64,000 nt of DNA from Squalus acanthias (taxonomy: Eukaryota): positions 248,001 through 312,000 of the forward strand of contig CM059426.1 in assembly GCA_030390025.1 (NCBI GenBank), read 5' to 3'. Made by a program: the position numbers and the translations under genes. The notes under the pieces are model-generated. The model worked only from the letters and a program-made list of their open reading frames with translations, had not been told where the DNA came from and ran no database searches. Position 1 is the first letter of the stretch. Each line of letters begins with the position of its first letter. Below, piece after piece: positions 48,211 through 61,659 of the stretch.

Positions 48211-51171
48211 TTAACTGCTGCAACTCTCCACCATGGGGGAAAAAATAGCAATAAAACCATCTCTCACTCTATTGCACTGACAGTTCTGAAGGCACTGTAT
48301 ACAGCTCACTCCAGTTAACACTGAGATGAGCTCTGAGGTCATATGACAATTGTCTCTACCACCCAAGACAATATGCTGCCAGGTCAAAGCCAGCAAGCTT
48401 TGTAGGTCACTGAAAAACACAAGTCCAGGAAACAGAGAGTGTGTTTGCCTTCTTGATTCAAGTGTCAAGGCTTCCCATTGGAGAATTTATTCTAGCGGTG
48501 AACATGCGGAGAACTCTCTCTGGAATGAGCGTTTTAGTGAAAGTGGAGCTTATTCATCAATTTTGGTAGGTTCTGAGAAAAATGGAAAATTCTTATGTTC
48601 TTTTGGAAACCCTCCTGATGTCCCCAATGAGCAAAGGAACAGTATCCTTTTGTTAATCTCAAACAGACCATATTTAAACATTATTTAAATAGAAAGCAAG
48701 AACATTAAAACCGCCACAACATTCCATTTTCAATACCCCAGACCTGCTATAAAGTTCAAGGCGCTGTTAGGTAAATATATAATCAAATCTGATGACAGAA
48801 AGTCTGCAGGAATCTGTTTATTTCTGAAAAAAAATGTGGAACAAAAATGACAGCACACTGTTCCAGTGAAGGCATTTAAGGGGACAGCATATCAAAACCA
48901 TAGTAACTGAATAAATTACGCAACGCAGGTTTGATTTTTGACCTATTACATGACAACCTAGATAAGTTGAGAAAAAGGATCATGTTCCCTGTAAATAAAA
49001 TACAAGAGTGTGTTGACAGAGCGCAAGTAGCCTGCACTCAGACGAATATGAGTAGATTTCCCAGTTATGCGTTGGGAAGTGCTGAACAGTGTCTTGGCTT
49101 TGATCTCCCCACCAATGGTCCTGGCTTCCAAACTGAAATTTGCAAAGCAAATAGGCCATTGGCTCCACTTCGCTCATGAAGCACTGAGGCCTAGTAAAAC
49201 ATAATAAATGTCAGAAGCTTTGCTACTAGATGCTCAGTTTTTACTGAGTTGTCTGCACGTCAAACGGCAGGTTTATTGATCGCTCGCCTTCCCCCTCCCC
49301 TTTCCCCGGGTTTTAATGATTAGCATCTGTGAACTAATGCTCTTGGGGCTATATGTACAGTTCAGCACATTTCTGTTTGCAGCCGATCAAGATCATTTAT
49401 TATAAATCGCTACTTTTTTTTATTTGAAAATTAGTCCTGAAGAGATAAAATGAAACACATTGCTGAGGAGCGGTTTGGTGTGTATGGGGATGTTCCAAGG
49501 TTTGTTTTTATTTGTGAATTTTCCTGCTCGTCAAAGCATCAAAGTTAAAGCCCGGAGATTAGAACAAGCCATTTCTACTCTGCCCCAGTGACGCATCGTG
49601 GCTCCAATTTCAGAAGAGTGCCACCCTTTACTGAGCCCATGTGTGTTTTCCATTTTCACAGTCATCCTATGGCCCCATTAAGTGAGATTACCATTTAGTG
49701 TTGAATTATATGCTGTGAACCCACAAGCACAAGGAACTGAAAAACAAAATGGGATTGGTTTCAGCCCTATGAACTCCTTTTGAGAATTGGGTTTGAGAAG
49801 CAGGTTGAGGAATAAAGAGATATTAAGAGGACAGACAGGCTGTTTACCTGCACTTGCACCTCTGCCAGTGTTACTTTCTAACCAGCCACTGCTGGGTCTG
49901 TGAGATTTTGCAATGGGTAATGTATTTCCAGTACATCAGAGCAGCTACTGGTAAGAAATATTAAATTACTTTCACCTGTGGAATGCTCTAGGGTTTGCTG
50001 CAGAACCTGAGAAGATTTGTATCAGATTCTGTGGAAGTGTGGTTATCTAAAGGTGTCTGGGTAGCATGTCTCTCCTGTTCCAATGTGATGTAGCGCTGGG
50101 ATTCGTGTTGGGATTGCCCGTGTGGACGGAATGCCGACCTGCCTGAGCTGTTGGGTGACGAAGATGTTTATTCAGAACTTTCCGCTAATTAGGTCCAGCC
50201 ATTTACATCTTTGCTGATGGTTGCCAGGGGTTTGTTCCTGCAGTAAGACAGCTGTTTATATTCTTACAAGCAAGACTTCAAAAGTCTGCTTTCACCACAT
50301 CTCTACCGATCATTGTGGAACTGGGAGGGTGCTACAGAGTGGAATTGTGGCACTACCCCCAGGAAAGTAGAATTGCCGGGGACGGTGGGGGTGGGTGGAG
50401 GGGGGGGGTGGTGAGTCTGTCCTCTACCCCTTTGCCAATCTCACATACTTACTAGTGGCTGTTAAGAGAGCAGCATGAGGTGCATGAGCAGGTCACCAGC
50501 CTGGCCTTTTAATCAGGGAATGAATGGCGCACAGCATGAAAAAGGAACCCTGCTTTAAAGAACATTAAGTACTTACCCCTGCCTCCCCAGAGAAAACAAA
50601 AATCAAGCAGTACCATTAATACCTCTATCATCCTCAAACTGCCTTCTGAATTCCCCCTTCTCAAAAGGTGCTCGTAGAACCTTATCTTTATAATTAGTTA
50701 TAGGATCAGTGTGGTGAATTCTGTTTCTCAATCGAGGATCGTTTTCCCAATGGTAGTCACAGTTTCTTCATGGGTTTTCATTATTGTGAAATACTTGAGG
50801 TTCCAGTCTCTTATCTGATGAGTCAGGAGTCTGAGTTGTCTGTTTGTTTTTGATGCTGATGGTCAGATTTCAAAAGGAAGGCTGGGTTAAACTCACAAAC
50901 CTATACTCTTGTCTTCTTTACACAATCTAATAACCGCTGTGTCTGAGGTAAAGGGGCTTGGCTTGTTTTCCTTACATATCCAGCTGGGTCCCTGCGGAGG
51001 CTGTTTCACGCTGAGCTGCATTACAAGACTGTGCCACTTTTGCACATTCACTGAGGCCTCTTGGTTTCTTATCCTGCTCGTGAACTCAGTGCTGTCGACA
51101 GCAATCGCCGCGGAAGGGGCCGGCACGAGTGATTAAGAGCATCGTATAGAACAGCCTAAGCTGCCCCGTCT

Positions 51172-51460
51172 AAGAGGCTCCGTCTGCCCTCTCAGGTGGA
51201 CGCAAAAGATCCCACTGCACTATTTCGAAGAACAGCAGGGGTGTTCTCCCAATATTTAACCTTCAGCCAACATTAGTAAAAAAAAAGATGAACTGGTCAT
51301 TATCACATTGCTGTTTGTGGGAGCTTGCTGTGTGCAAATTGGCTGCCGCATTTCTTACATTACAACAGTGACTCCACTTCAAAGTACTTCATTGGCTGTA
51401 AAGCACTTTGGGACGTCCTGAGGTTGTGAAAGGTGCTATATAAATGCAACTCTTTCTTTT
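51172..51460 (+). mobile_element. Deu-SINE 3' portion
   Basis: cgtctgccctctcaggtggacg...gctatataaatgcaac. Confidence 0.85.
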
Positions 51461-52116
51461 AAGCCGTGGCTGGTAATGGTGGAACTATATAAGAGGGTGA
51501 GGCTGATATAGATGGTAATTGCATGGGATGGCGAAAGTTAGCATGTATGTGGAGTGGTTTGATGGTGCCTGGCTATAGATATTTCTGAATTGCAGCCCAG
51601 AAATTCCTGACAAGTCCTTCTTATACAAACAAATAAGTGGTGGAACAAGAAACAAATCATAGAATCTGAGTAAGGAAAGCATGACAGAAATGCTCATTGT
51701 CCAAATGCTGAACAGTCATTGGAAGTTTTCCCTTTTTATATTCCAGAGGAAGCAGTTCTGTAAGACACCTGGTGCTGTGGGGTCCACCCCTTTTACATTG
51801 GCAGGGAGATTTTGATAGAGTTAGATGAAGTAGGGTGGGTTGAGGCTAAACACCGGCACAGACCAGTTGGGCCAAATGGCCTGTTTCTGCCCTGTAAAGT
51901 CTATTTAATTCCCGAGCAAAAGACAGACAAACTGCCCAGGCCAGAGCTGTTTGAAAGTCACGGTTTGTGACATCATCTCGGGTCACCTGACCTGCCTCAG
52001 TGGCCTCCTCCCTGGCAGTTGTGGCTCTATTTGCCACCCGGGCAACTGCTGCCTGAAGAGGGACCTTTGAAATAATCTGTTTATGTGGGTCTTGGAGCCG
52101 GCAGAGGAAGCAGAGG

Positions 52117-52440
52117 CAGTGGTTTCCAAACGGGGGTCTGTGGACACTTCAGAGGGGGCGGCGGAGGGGGGAGGGGGGGTGCAGGGGGGAGGCAGGGGGG
52201 GTGGCGGTGGAGGTTAAAGAGTTCCCAGGTGTTTGTGAGGCCCTAACACAAAAGCTGAATTCTGCAGTTGCTACAGGTGATCAATACAAGCATGCTGTCA
52301 TCACTAATTAAAAAAAAAACCTTTATTGTCGTGATACCATTGACGATTTTCAGGTTGCTGCCGTCGCCTTTGAAAAAGGGTCTGAGAGGGTATTAATATT
52401 CGCAGGGGGTCCCTTACACAGGAACATTTGAAAAGTGCTG
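52117..52440. mobile_element. Possible decayed hAT/Charlie-like MITE
   Basis: Starts cagtggtttccaaac and ends tttgaaaagtgctg; no TSD recovered. Confidence 0.35.
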
Positions 52441-53394
52441 CATTATTACAGCACTGCCACTAAAATGGGGGCTCCAGTAAAGTAAAGGGGCATTAGACTC
52501 GAGCATTAACTGCAAGGTCAGAGCTGTATTCATACCGATGACCTCTCGATCATTCACCCATCCTTGGGCGTGGAAGCGACGGTACATTACTGCATTATCA
52601 TCGGGCTCAGTGAGATAAATGAAACATTTATGGCATCGAAGTGTCCTATTTATGACATAGCAATGGAATTTCAGAAGCATGAACAGGAAATGGTTTAGTG
52701 TTTTGAAATTTTGTGACTGCAGTGTGGTAATAATTGAATTTGGGAAGAGAAGCCCTTCTTTCTTTCTGATTTAATTAAACTGTCAAACTGTCAGAAGTCC
52801 AGTCTCCTCGGCATTCCGTGTTCTGCATGTGAGTGTTAAAGAAACTGGTTGGTGTTGTTTTGTTGCAATCTGGTTTTAATGCAGTGATATCACTTTCCAT
52901 TAATCCTGGTTACTTTCAGCTTTTGTTTTTCCTGCTCTACCATTCTCTCATTCTTCCAAATTACTGGCCTATTCTAGATAACATTCCACACTCTTTAGTG
53001 TTGAAGAAAAACGCTCCACTTGGCGGGACTCACTTTTTCAGTAGACGTTCATATTGCTGACAGTTCTAAAACTGTTCGGTTTAGTACAGGGGTGTCTTAT
53101 GGAGCCGGCGGGTCAGAGAGAACATGGCTGACACTTCCATCTAACTACCGCTGTCTCTGTGGAGCTGGCTTGAGGCCCTGAGCAGTGGTTCTCCCAGAGG
53201 TGTCAACGTCGGGGAGATGTTACAAGATCTATCAAGAAATAGTGAGACAGATCAGCAACCCATTTAAATATGTTTAACCGTTTCAGCACTAAACGTTGGT
53301 CTCACTCAGAGGGAATAATTTACGTTGGTGAGGTAGAGAGTGTTCTTCTGAGCTTGTGATGGAGTACAGGGGCATTCTACTCTTTCATCTAACT

Positions 53395-53620
53395 AAAACC
53401 TCTCCGTCTCTCCACTTTGCTCTCTCCTCCTTTAAGGCGCTCCTTAAAACCTACCTCTTTGTCCAAGCTTTTGGTCACCTGTCCTAATATCACCTTATGT
53501 GGCCGGTGACATAGGTTGATAATCGCTCCTGTGAAGCACCTTGGGATGTTTTAGTAAGTTACCCACTGGTGCTATATAAATGCAAGTAGGCGCTATGTAA
53601 ATGCAAGTTGTTGTTGTATT
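53395..53620 (+). mobile_element. L2 3'UTR and tail
   Basis: tccttaaaacctacctctttg...gctatataaatgcaag (locally duplicated)...(ttg)n. Confidence 0.75.
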
Positions 53621-54013
53621 AACTGGGCAGTGCCTGACCTGGGAGTGCTTCAGCGGGGGTTGAAATGGCTGCTCTTCCATTCCCCAGCACTGCCATCTAT
53701 CCATGGAGGGAAAATTATTCCTGTTATGCAAAGCTTTACAATGGGAGCACTAAAACGTAAAATTTATCCCTATATATGTACAAAGTGTAGTTATTTTTCT
53801 AGGGTGGGATACATCAAAATACTGTAAATTTAAGTTTTTAATTTGAAGACTGTAAGTCTCACTCCAAGGGAATGTCTAAACAGGGGTCTGTTCCTCCCAT
53901 GGTTGCTGCCGAAGGATACACTGAAGAAATGCGACTGAGAAACAATAGAAAATATAGCTACAACCCGGGCGGGGACACGTGCACACATTCCTCATGTTTC
54001 AATGTCCTTTAGG

Positions 54014-54465
54014 TGTTAGCCGTGGCTCAGTGGGTAGCACTCCTGCCTCTGTCAGAAGGTTGTGGGTTCAAGTCTCACTCTAGAGACTTGAGTACTTAAT
54101 CTCGGCTGATAGTCTGGTTCAGTACTAAGGAAGTGTTGCACTGCCAGAGGTGCCATCTTTCAGATGAGACGTTCAACCGAGGCCCTATCTGCTCTCTCAG
54201 GCGAAAATAGAAGATCCCATGGCACTATTTTGAAGAAGACCAGGGGAGTTCTTCCTGGTGTCCTGGCCAATATTTATTCCCTCAACCAACATTCCCTAAA
54301 ACAGATGATCTGGTCATTATCACATTGCTATTCGTGGGACCTTGCTGTGTTTCCTACATTACAACAGTGATTACACTTCAAAAATACTTCATTGGCTGAA
54401 AAGTGCTTTGGGACGTCCTGAGGCCATGAAAGGCACAAAATAAATACAAGTTCTTTCTTTCTTTC
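54014..54465 (+). mobile_element. Full-length Deu-SINE
   Basis: A box tggctcagtggg, B box ggttcaagtct, Deu core, tail. Confidence 0.88.
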
Positions 54466-55394
54466 TTCAGTCAAATTTCTCCAGTTGGTTCTGGCAAGCC
54501 AGTGGGAAACAGCTATGCAGATGTCCAAGCCGGCTATGGGAAAGTAGAAGGAGCCAGGATAGGCAATGGGGCAGGTTTAGTTAGGTGCACTGATTTTACA
54601 TACACATTTAGTGACCTTGCCTGCCAGTAAGGTTGGCTCCCAGACGAAAGTCTGAGGTGGATCTTGGCATGCTCAGAGCACCGATGGATTTACAGAATTT
54701 GGGGGATTTAGTATTCCAAACAGGCATAATATTTAGCAAAAATTCAGCGTGGAAATCCAACACCCATTTGGAATACTCAACAGGGTATAGCTAATGCTAA
54801 TTGTCAAGTAATAAGGCAACCTTAATTCTCCTATGAATCACACTATTGTTAACGGATCTAAAGTTGGATTGAATGTGACATATCAGAGAACATTAATAAA
54901 GTACCAACACAACTTGAAATTTTTTTTAAAGTCTATAATTGGAATAAATGTGACCTTAACATAAATATGTAAGTTGCATTGGCACTTTATTCATGTTCTC
55001 TGATTTGCTTGAAGAAGGTGAGACGTTGTTGCCTGTGTGAGATGGAGACTTGCGGTTGGTATTAGTTGCTAAATCCTGGTCAATTATTGTCAAGCAAAGT
55101 ATTCAAAGACCTGTGACAAAGCTGCCTTAAACTGCCTGACATATATTTGTCAGGAAACTATATGCATTGCTTGTCTAAAAGCCTCTGTGACTTGCTACCC
55201 ATACTTCTGTGTAAATCAATATCATTGTATGAGTTTCAACAAGAACTCGCAGTATAATGGTTATTGTTCCAAAAATAACAATGCGAAGAATAAGTGCAAT
55301 AGGAAGTGTAATTATTAGCAGACAATTTGAAATGTTTGTGATAGGTGTGTATATGTAAATGTATACATGTGTATGTATATGTTTTTGTACATTT

Positions 55395-55522
55395 NNNNNN
55401 NNNNNNNNNNNNNNNNNNNNNNNNNNNNNNNNNNNNNNNNNNNNNNNNNNNNNNNNNNNNNNNNNNNNNNNNNNNNNNNNNNNNNNNNNNNNNNNNNNNN
55501 NNNNNNNNNNNNNNNNNNNNNN
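55395..55522. other. Assembly gap (128 N)
   Basis: Run of n. Confidence 1.
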
Positions 55523-55874
55523 TAAAATAATGTGCGTGACTCATGGGTCTTAAAATTGTGCTGTGGAGTAGTAGTGTACGAATATTCCGTGTATTCATCT
55601 GCAATTGCAGAGAGAGGAATTTTGCAACAAGTATCCATATGCAATTATCCTAAGCATAATTTCAAGGCCTTGGAAACTATGAGCCATAGTTTGCTGTAGC
55701 AGGACATCTAATGACATCTGCCGTTAGTTAGACTTGACCCTGCATTCTTCAGCTCAAAATATTTCTGCCCACTATATGTTGCTGAAAGTGCAAGCTGATA
55801 ATCTCGCAGTGCGGGAAATGGAGTATCTGGGACCTGAGTGAGCCGGGCAAGCAACAGGGTATCTCTTTAACCAA

Positions 55875-56447
55875 AACACTGGTTCGGCCTCAACTAGAGT
55901 TTTGTGTCCAATTCTGGGCACCGCACTTTAGGAAGGATGTGAAGGACTTCGAGAGGGTGCAGAAAAGATTTACGAGAATGGTTCCAGGGATGAGGGACTT
56001 CAGTTACGTGGATAGACTAGAGAAGCTGGGTTGTTCTCCTTAAAGCAGAAAAAGTTGAGAGGAGATTTAATAGAGGTGTTCAAAATCATGAGGGGTCTAG
56101 ACAGAGTAGATAGAGAGAGATACTGTTCCCATTGGTGGAAGGGTGGAGAACCAGAGGACACAGATTTAAGGTGATTGGCAAAAGAACCAAAGGCGACATG
56201 AGGAAAATCTTTTTTACGCAGCGAGTGGTTAGGATCTGGAATTCACTGCCTGAGAGGGTGGTGGAGGCAGATTCAATTGTGGCTTTCAAAAGGGAATTGG
56301 ATAAGTACCTGAAGGAAATTTTTTTGCAGGGATATGGGGAAAGGGCGGGGCAGTGGGACTAGCTGAAGTGCTCTTGCAGAGAGCCGGCACGGGCTCGACG
56401 GGCCGAATGGCCTCCTTCTGTGCTGTAACCATTCTATGATTCTATGA
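55875..56447 (+). mobile_element. CR1 3' fragment, apparently inserted in an unclassified older repeat (~55680-56880)
   Basis: CVQFWAPHFRKDV...TRGHRFKVIGK...WNSLP peptides; (attctatg)n tail. Confidence 0.9.
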
Positions 56448-56999
56448 GATTTAAGGATTGTGAAATAAACAGTAGAACGACTGAGAAGGCAGTGTAAATT
56501 AGTGGGTGAATTCAGGTACAGAAAAATAAATAAAGAGAAGGAAAGAAAGATTGGATTAAGAGAGTGAGAAAAAGAGACAGAATGGAAAAGTAAGAAAAAA
56601 TTTAACTTTTTTAAAAATGTGACCTTTTTAAAATCTCCAGCAACAATTAATACCTGAAGGAATGAGACTCCACACTTGCAATAATTAATTTACGGTGTCA
56701 GAAAGGTTGATTGGCAGTCATTAGCACTTATCACATCGTTAAAAGGGTTCTTATGCTACTAATTACTAGCCCTAAATATCTGCGGTGAATTTAGTTCCTA
56801 TCTACAGTGCAAATACAACAACTTTGCGATATTCAATGCATGTCGATGGTGCGGCAGACAGCGAGATGCCATTTTCGCTGTGCCTGTTGACTGCTTTAAT
56901 ATAGGTGTTATGGGCTGTCTCCCTGATTATTCCATGACAACAAACGGACCTCAACTATGTGGGTGTAACCAAACTGAAAACAGTTAAGTTATAAAATAT

Positions 57000-57395
57000 A
57001 ATCGGACATTGACCATCGGAACAAGAGTAGGCCATTCAGTCCCTGGAGCCTGTTCCACCATTCAATTAGAACAAGGCTGATGGCTATCTCAACTCTATTT
57101 CCCCGCCTTGGTTAAATATCCTTTTAATACCCTTACCTAACAAAAATCTATCAATCTCAGTTTTGAAATTTTCAGTTGACCCCCCAGCCTCAACAGTTTT
57201 TTGGGGGAGAGTTCCAGGTTTTCACTACCCTTTGTGTGAAGAAGTGCTTCTTGACATCACCCCTGAATAGCCTAGTTCTAATTTTGAAGTTATGCTCCCT
57301 TGCACCGGACTCTCCCCCCACCAAAGGAAAAAAATTCTCCTTATCTACCCTATCAACTCCTCTAATCATCTTAAACACCTCAGTTAGATCACCCC
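57000..57395 (-). mobile_element. CR1 3' fragment
   Basis: GDLTEVFKMIRG...FFTQRVVKTWNS. Confidence 0.85.
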
Positions 57396-58877
57396 AATAA
57401 GTCTGTATCACACATCACAGCAGTACACACTGTTCACTGCAATTAATAGCTTAGTAGGTTTTCTTGAAATGTGATATGTGGAGCTACTTTTGCAGCTCAT
57501 TACTAGGCACTTATACACAAAAGCAAAATGGCTGCAACGATGGGCAGACTATGGCGTAGTGGGATTCAAGGCGGATGGTCAAGATCTTCCCTGCTCCTCA
57601 GGGCTGTTCTGGGCGAGTTGTTACAAGGAGGTGAGGTTCGAAAGCAAACCAGGGAGGGATCAGTGAACAGGAATCAACACAGGCCACTCTCCTGTGCACC
57701 TCCCAGCTGGCTACAGAGTGCCTGTTGGCAGAGGCCTAGAATTAGAGAGTGGCATTAGGAGAATCCATCGAAATAGGGAGACAGGGAGGGGGAATAAAAC
57801 ACCACACACACTGCAGCTCAAAACACTTGAAAGAAATGTAGACAATAGCTTACCAGCAACAACAAAAAACCTGTACAGTAGCTTATTAATATTAGTTAAA
57901 GACACAAAGCCAATGCACCCAGAGACAGCCCAGCAATCCCTGGCTGCTGCCCTATAGTGTACACCCCAGCTGTTTCTTGTTAGGAAGACATTTTTCACTG
58001 TCTTTGAACACCAACTGGCAGCCAACAGCACATTAATACTTAAACTACTACACCATTATTTTTAGAACTGCTTTCCAAACTACAGCATGTTGAAAGAGAG
58101 CTGAGATCTATTACATATGGTGCTGTTTATCAGGCTTTGCCTCATGTATAATAAGCAGCTCTCTCAGAGATGCACTGCAACTCTAAGGGATGGCCTATTT
58201 TTTTTGTGGTCCGCCACCTCAAGCCTCTGGAGTGAGACAGCAGTACTTACAAGCTTTGCTATTAATCTAGATTTATAGGGAGGAAATCAGATGTCATGGC
58301 CTAGGCCTTAGCAGATTTGACCCATAATCCTTTGCTAAATTAGCCTGTTGCGAGCACAGTGCAGAAACAATAAATTATTCTGCAGTCCCGTGACCTGTAA
58401 TCGTGCTGAGGGCTTGATGCTGCATTGTGTTTGCATATATTTAGCGACTGAAATGTAATGAAAGTCATTGGCCAGGGGATGCCCTTGTAGCAAATGGTTG
58501 TATGCTCCTTCCATATATATCAGTGTACCTACCAACATTTGCATAGCAATACTTTGTATGCGTGGGTATACTGCCCAGGATTTGTTTTGTTTTTGTTTAT
58601 AAATGATCCAATCGCATCCCCATTTTTCTTTCCTTTCTGGTGCCTTATCCATGCCTCGTCACCTCCAGATTCGACTATTCCAAAACTCTCCTGGGCATCC
58701 TCCTCCCTCCATAAACATCTGCTCATCCAAAACTTTGCTGTCCACATCCAATCCCGCACCATGACTCACTCGCCCATCGCCCCCCCCCCCCCCCGTCTTC
58801 GCTGACCTATATTAGCTCCCAGTCCCTCATGTTTAAATCTCTTTAATACCTTGCTTCCTTGCTGTCCCTGTAGGGTT

Positions 58878-59337
58878 TCCAGCCTTGGCTTAGTGGTAGT
58901 GCTCTTGCCTCTAAGTCAGAAGGTTGTGGGTTCACAGCCCCATTCTAGAGATTTGAGCACATAATCCAGGCTGACAGTTCAGCTCAGTGCTGAGGGTGTG
59001 CTGTGCTGTCAGCGTTCCTGTCTTTCAGATAAGATGTTAAATTGAGGTGCTGCCTTACCTCTTAGGTGGTTGCAAAAGACCCCATGACATGGTTCAAAGA
59101 AGAGCAGGAAAGTTTTCTTGGTATCCTGACCAACATTTATCCCTCAACCTACATCACTAAACAGATTATCTGGTCATTTATCTCATTGCTGTTTGTGGAA
59201 CTTGGCTGTGTGCAAATTGGCTGTTGTGTTTCCCTATTTTACAGCAGTGACTACACTTCAAAAGTACTTTATTGGCTGTGGAGGCTTTGTAATACCCGGA
59301 GGCCATGTAATGTGCTATATAAATGTAAGTTCTTTTG
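58878..59337 (+). mobile_element. Full-length Deu-SINE (older copy)
   Basis: A box tggcttagtggt, Deu core, tail. Confidence 0.85.
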
Positions 59338-59490
59338 TAACTTCCTCCAGCCCTACACAACCCCGCCCAAACTTACCGGTCCTCTAAACCTTGTGCATCC
59401 TTCGCTCCGCCATTGGTGGTCATGCCTCCAGTCCCCCAGGCCCCATGCTCGGGAATTCTCTCTCTAAACCCTTCTGCCTCCCCTTCTTAA

Positions 59491-59568
59491 GTGAGAAGTC
59501 GCACAACACCAGGTTATAGTCCAACAGCTTTATTTGAAATCACAAGCTTTCGGAGCGCTGCTCCTTCG
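59491..59568 (-). mobile_element. 78-bp Penelope family B pseudo-LTR fragment
   Basis: Matches the reverse complement of 29011-29088; 11-bp TSD ccccttcttaa at 59480-59490 and 59569-59579. Confidence 0.9.
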
Positions 59569-60712
59569 CCCCTTCTTAAAACTGACCTCTGTCCAATCTT
59601 TTAGTTACCTCTCCTAATATATCCTTCTTTGGCTCAGCATCGATTAATGGTGATGTTTTTTCTTCATTAAATGTGCTGTATAAATGCAAGTTCCTGTTGT
59701 TGCTGTTGTCTATTTGAGTAGCTGGAGTTATGTTACAGATCAGCCACGATCTAATTGAATGGCGGAACAGGCTCGAGGGGTTGAATGGCCTACTTCTATT
59801 CCGATGTTCATATTTGATTAAAAGAACTTACAAGTTATTGGTAACCAGTCAGAATTATAGCAGTCAGATACACCTACACCAGTGCTAGTCTGATTGGCAG
59901 ATATTATGGGTCAATCTAGTGCACTTGTCCTTGTTGGGTAAGTGAGGGAGGAGGGATCGCATTTCAGATAGATTAGAGCTACAGTAGAGCCTAAATTGTC
60001 TAATATGGTTGTAGTTTACATTGAATTGTTCAAAACGGGTGCTACACTGACTTGAAGTAAAGTGCCGTTTGTACCCAGTTTCCCCTGGTCAGCTCTTTAT
60101 CTTAATTGTGCACAGATTGAGGTGCAGATTTGGGATTATACAGGGAGCTCGCTAGTCGCAGGAGTGGAAGTTGTAAAGGATGCAGACAGTTAAAGGGATG
60201 TAGAGGGACTAAAACCCTTAGGAAAGCCTCAGAAAGCAGTTCAGAACATTGGCTGCCTTCGCCATGGCTAAAGGGGAAGAAAGCCCAAGGTGCTGGCATG
60301 CAACTGCAAGCGAGTAACGATGCAGCCCAGTGCTCAACCCACGGTTTGATGGCTGCTGAAGTGAAGGTCATGGTGCATGATGTGATTGCGAGGTGGTGGT
60401 GGTGGTGGGAGGGGGGGGGGGCGGTGCTGTTTGACACTCCATGGCACCATCCCCATGCCTGGATGGAGTTGGAGGCAGGTTTGAGGCTGCAGCCACCAGC
60501 CATGTGTTGCATGGTAGCTGCGGCTGTTCCTTAAAGCAGATGACAGAACTCTGCATCTGGTTCTTTGATGATACAGAATCTGTGAAGATAGATCCCCATG
60601 GTCATTGCAGGTAGGTGTAACTAGATATGATTGGGGGGTATGACTAATCAGGCTTTTCTAGTTCCTAATCACTCTGACATGCCACTTTCATGCACAGAAA
60701 GCATGACACATT

Positions 60713-61379
60713 GGGGGTCATTTTAACCCCAAAAACGGGTGGGTTGGGGTTGGGTGAGATGTCAAAATTTTAAAAATCTCAAACCCGACCCCAACCCACC
60801 TCCAACCTGCCCACTTCCGGGTTTAACGGAGAGGGGACAAGGGCCAGGTAGCCAACCCGCTCCCAAGAGGCGGGTTGTCCATTTAAATATTATAATGAGG
60901 CCGAGAGGCTCACATTTAACCTGCATTACAGGTTTAACCCTGGCTGGCTGGGTTTCCCAAGCCTCAGGAAATCCCGCGGCTCAGGGGAGGCGAGGACAGC
61001 TTCGGGGAAAAGCCAAGCGCCCTTACAGCACTGGTTGTGGGCCAGGAGGAGCAGGAGTGCTTCCCCCGGTCACCCCAAGCTTACCTCTTTCCCTGGGATC
61101 GGACCCCCCCCAATCCAATGACCCTCACCTCCCCCCCCTCGATCGGGGATCAGACCCCCACCGGGATCGGATCCCCCCCCCCATGCTCCTACTATCAGCT
61201 GCAGGTTCCTTACCTGTGGCTGCGGCCTGCTCCAGAGTGCTCCCCGCCTGACTGGAAGCCAAGCCTGTCAATCAGGCTGACTTCTGGGCGGTGATCTTGT
61301 TAAAAAAAAGTTGCACACTATGGATTTAAAACTCCGCCCCCCCCCGTTTACCGAACCCGCCCCTGTCAATATCGGGGCC
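60713..61379. mobile_element. Harbinger-like MITE family M2, copy 2
   Basis: 5' part collinear with 37268-37560; imperfect TIR; TSD att / att. Confidence 0.72.
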
Positions 61380-61659
61380 ATTGTGTTTGGAGTGCTTCCA
61401 AGGGATGGGGGGGGGTGCGGTGGAGGAGAGGGTGTTGGGAAGTGTCTCGTCATGATGCTCCAGTCATCATGCTGTGGGTCAGACTTGATGGACCGACTGG
61501 TCTAACCTGCCTGTCATTTTCATATGTTCATAAGTAGCCATCATTACAGTTTGTCAGGCATTTTTACATCTTATTTGTGTCATCTTGACTACTGTTCCAG
61601 CTTTCTTTGGGAATAGGAGTCTTTGCATTCACTATTGCTGTGTCAAAGCAAGGTTATTG

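Larger units (their letters stand above)
58640..59705 (+). mobile_element. L2 3' remnant hosting a Deu-SINE and a Penelope insert
   Basis: ctccataaacatctgctcatccaaaac...tgtaacttcctccagccctacac...tataaatgcaag tail. Confidence 0.75.

Noticed and set aside
55236-55644. ORFs spanning the N run
   Set aside because: Artefacts of the assembly gap.
60739-61251. 170-aa Pro-rich ORF
   Set aside because: Internal to GC-rich MITE M2.
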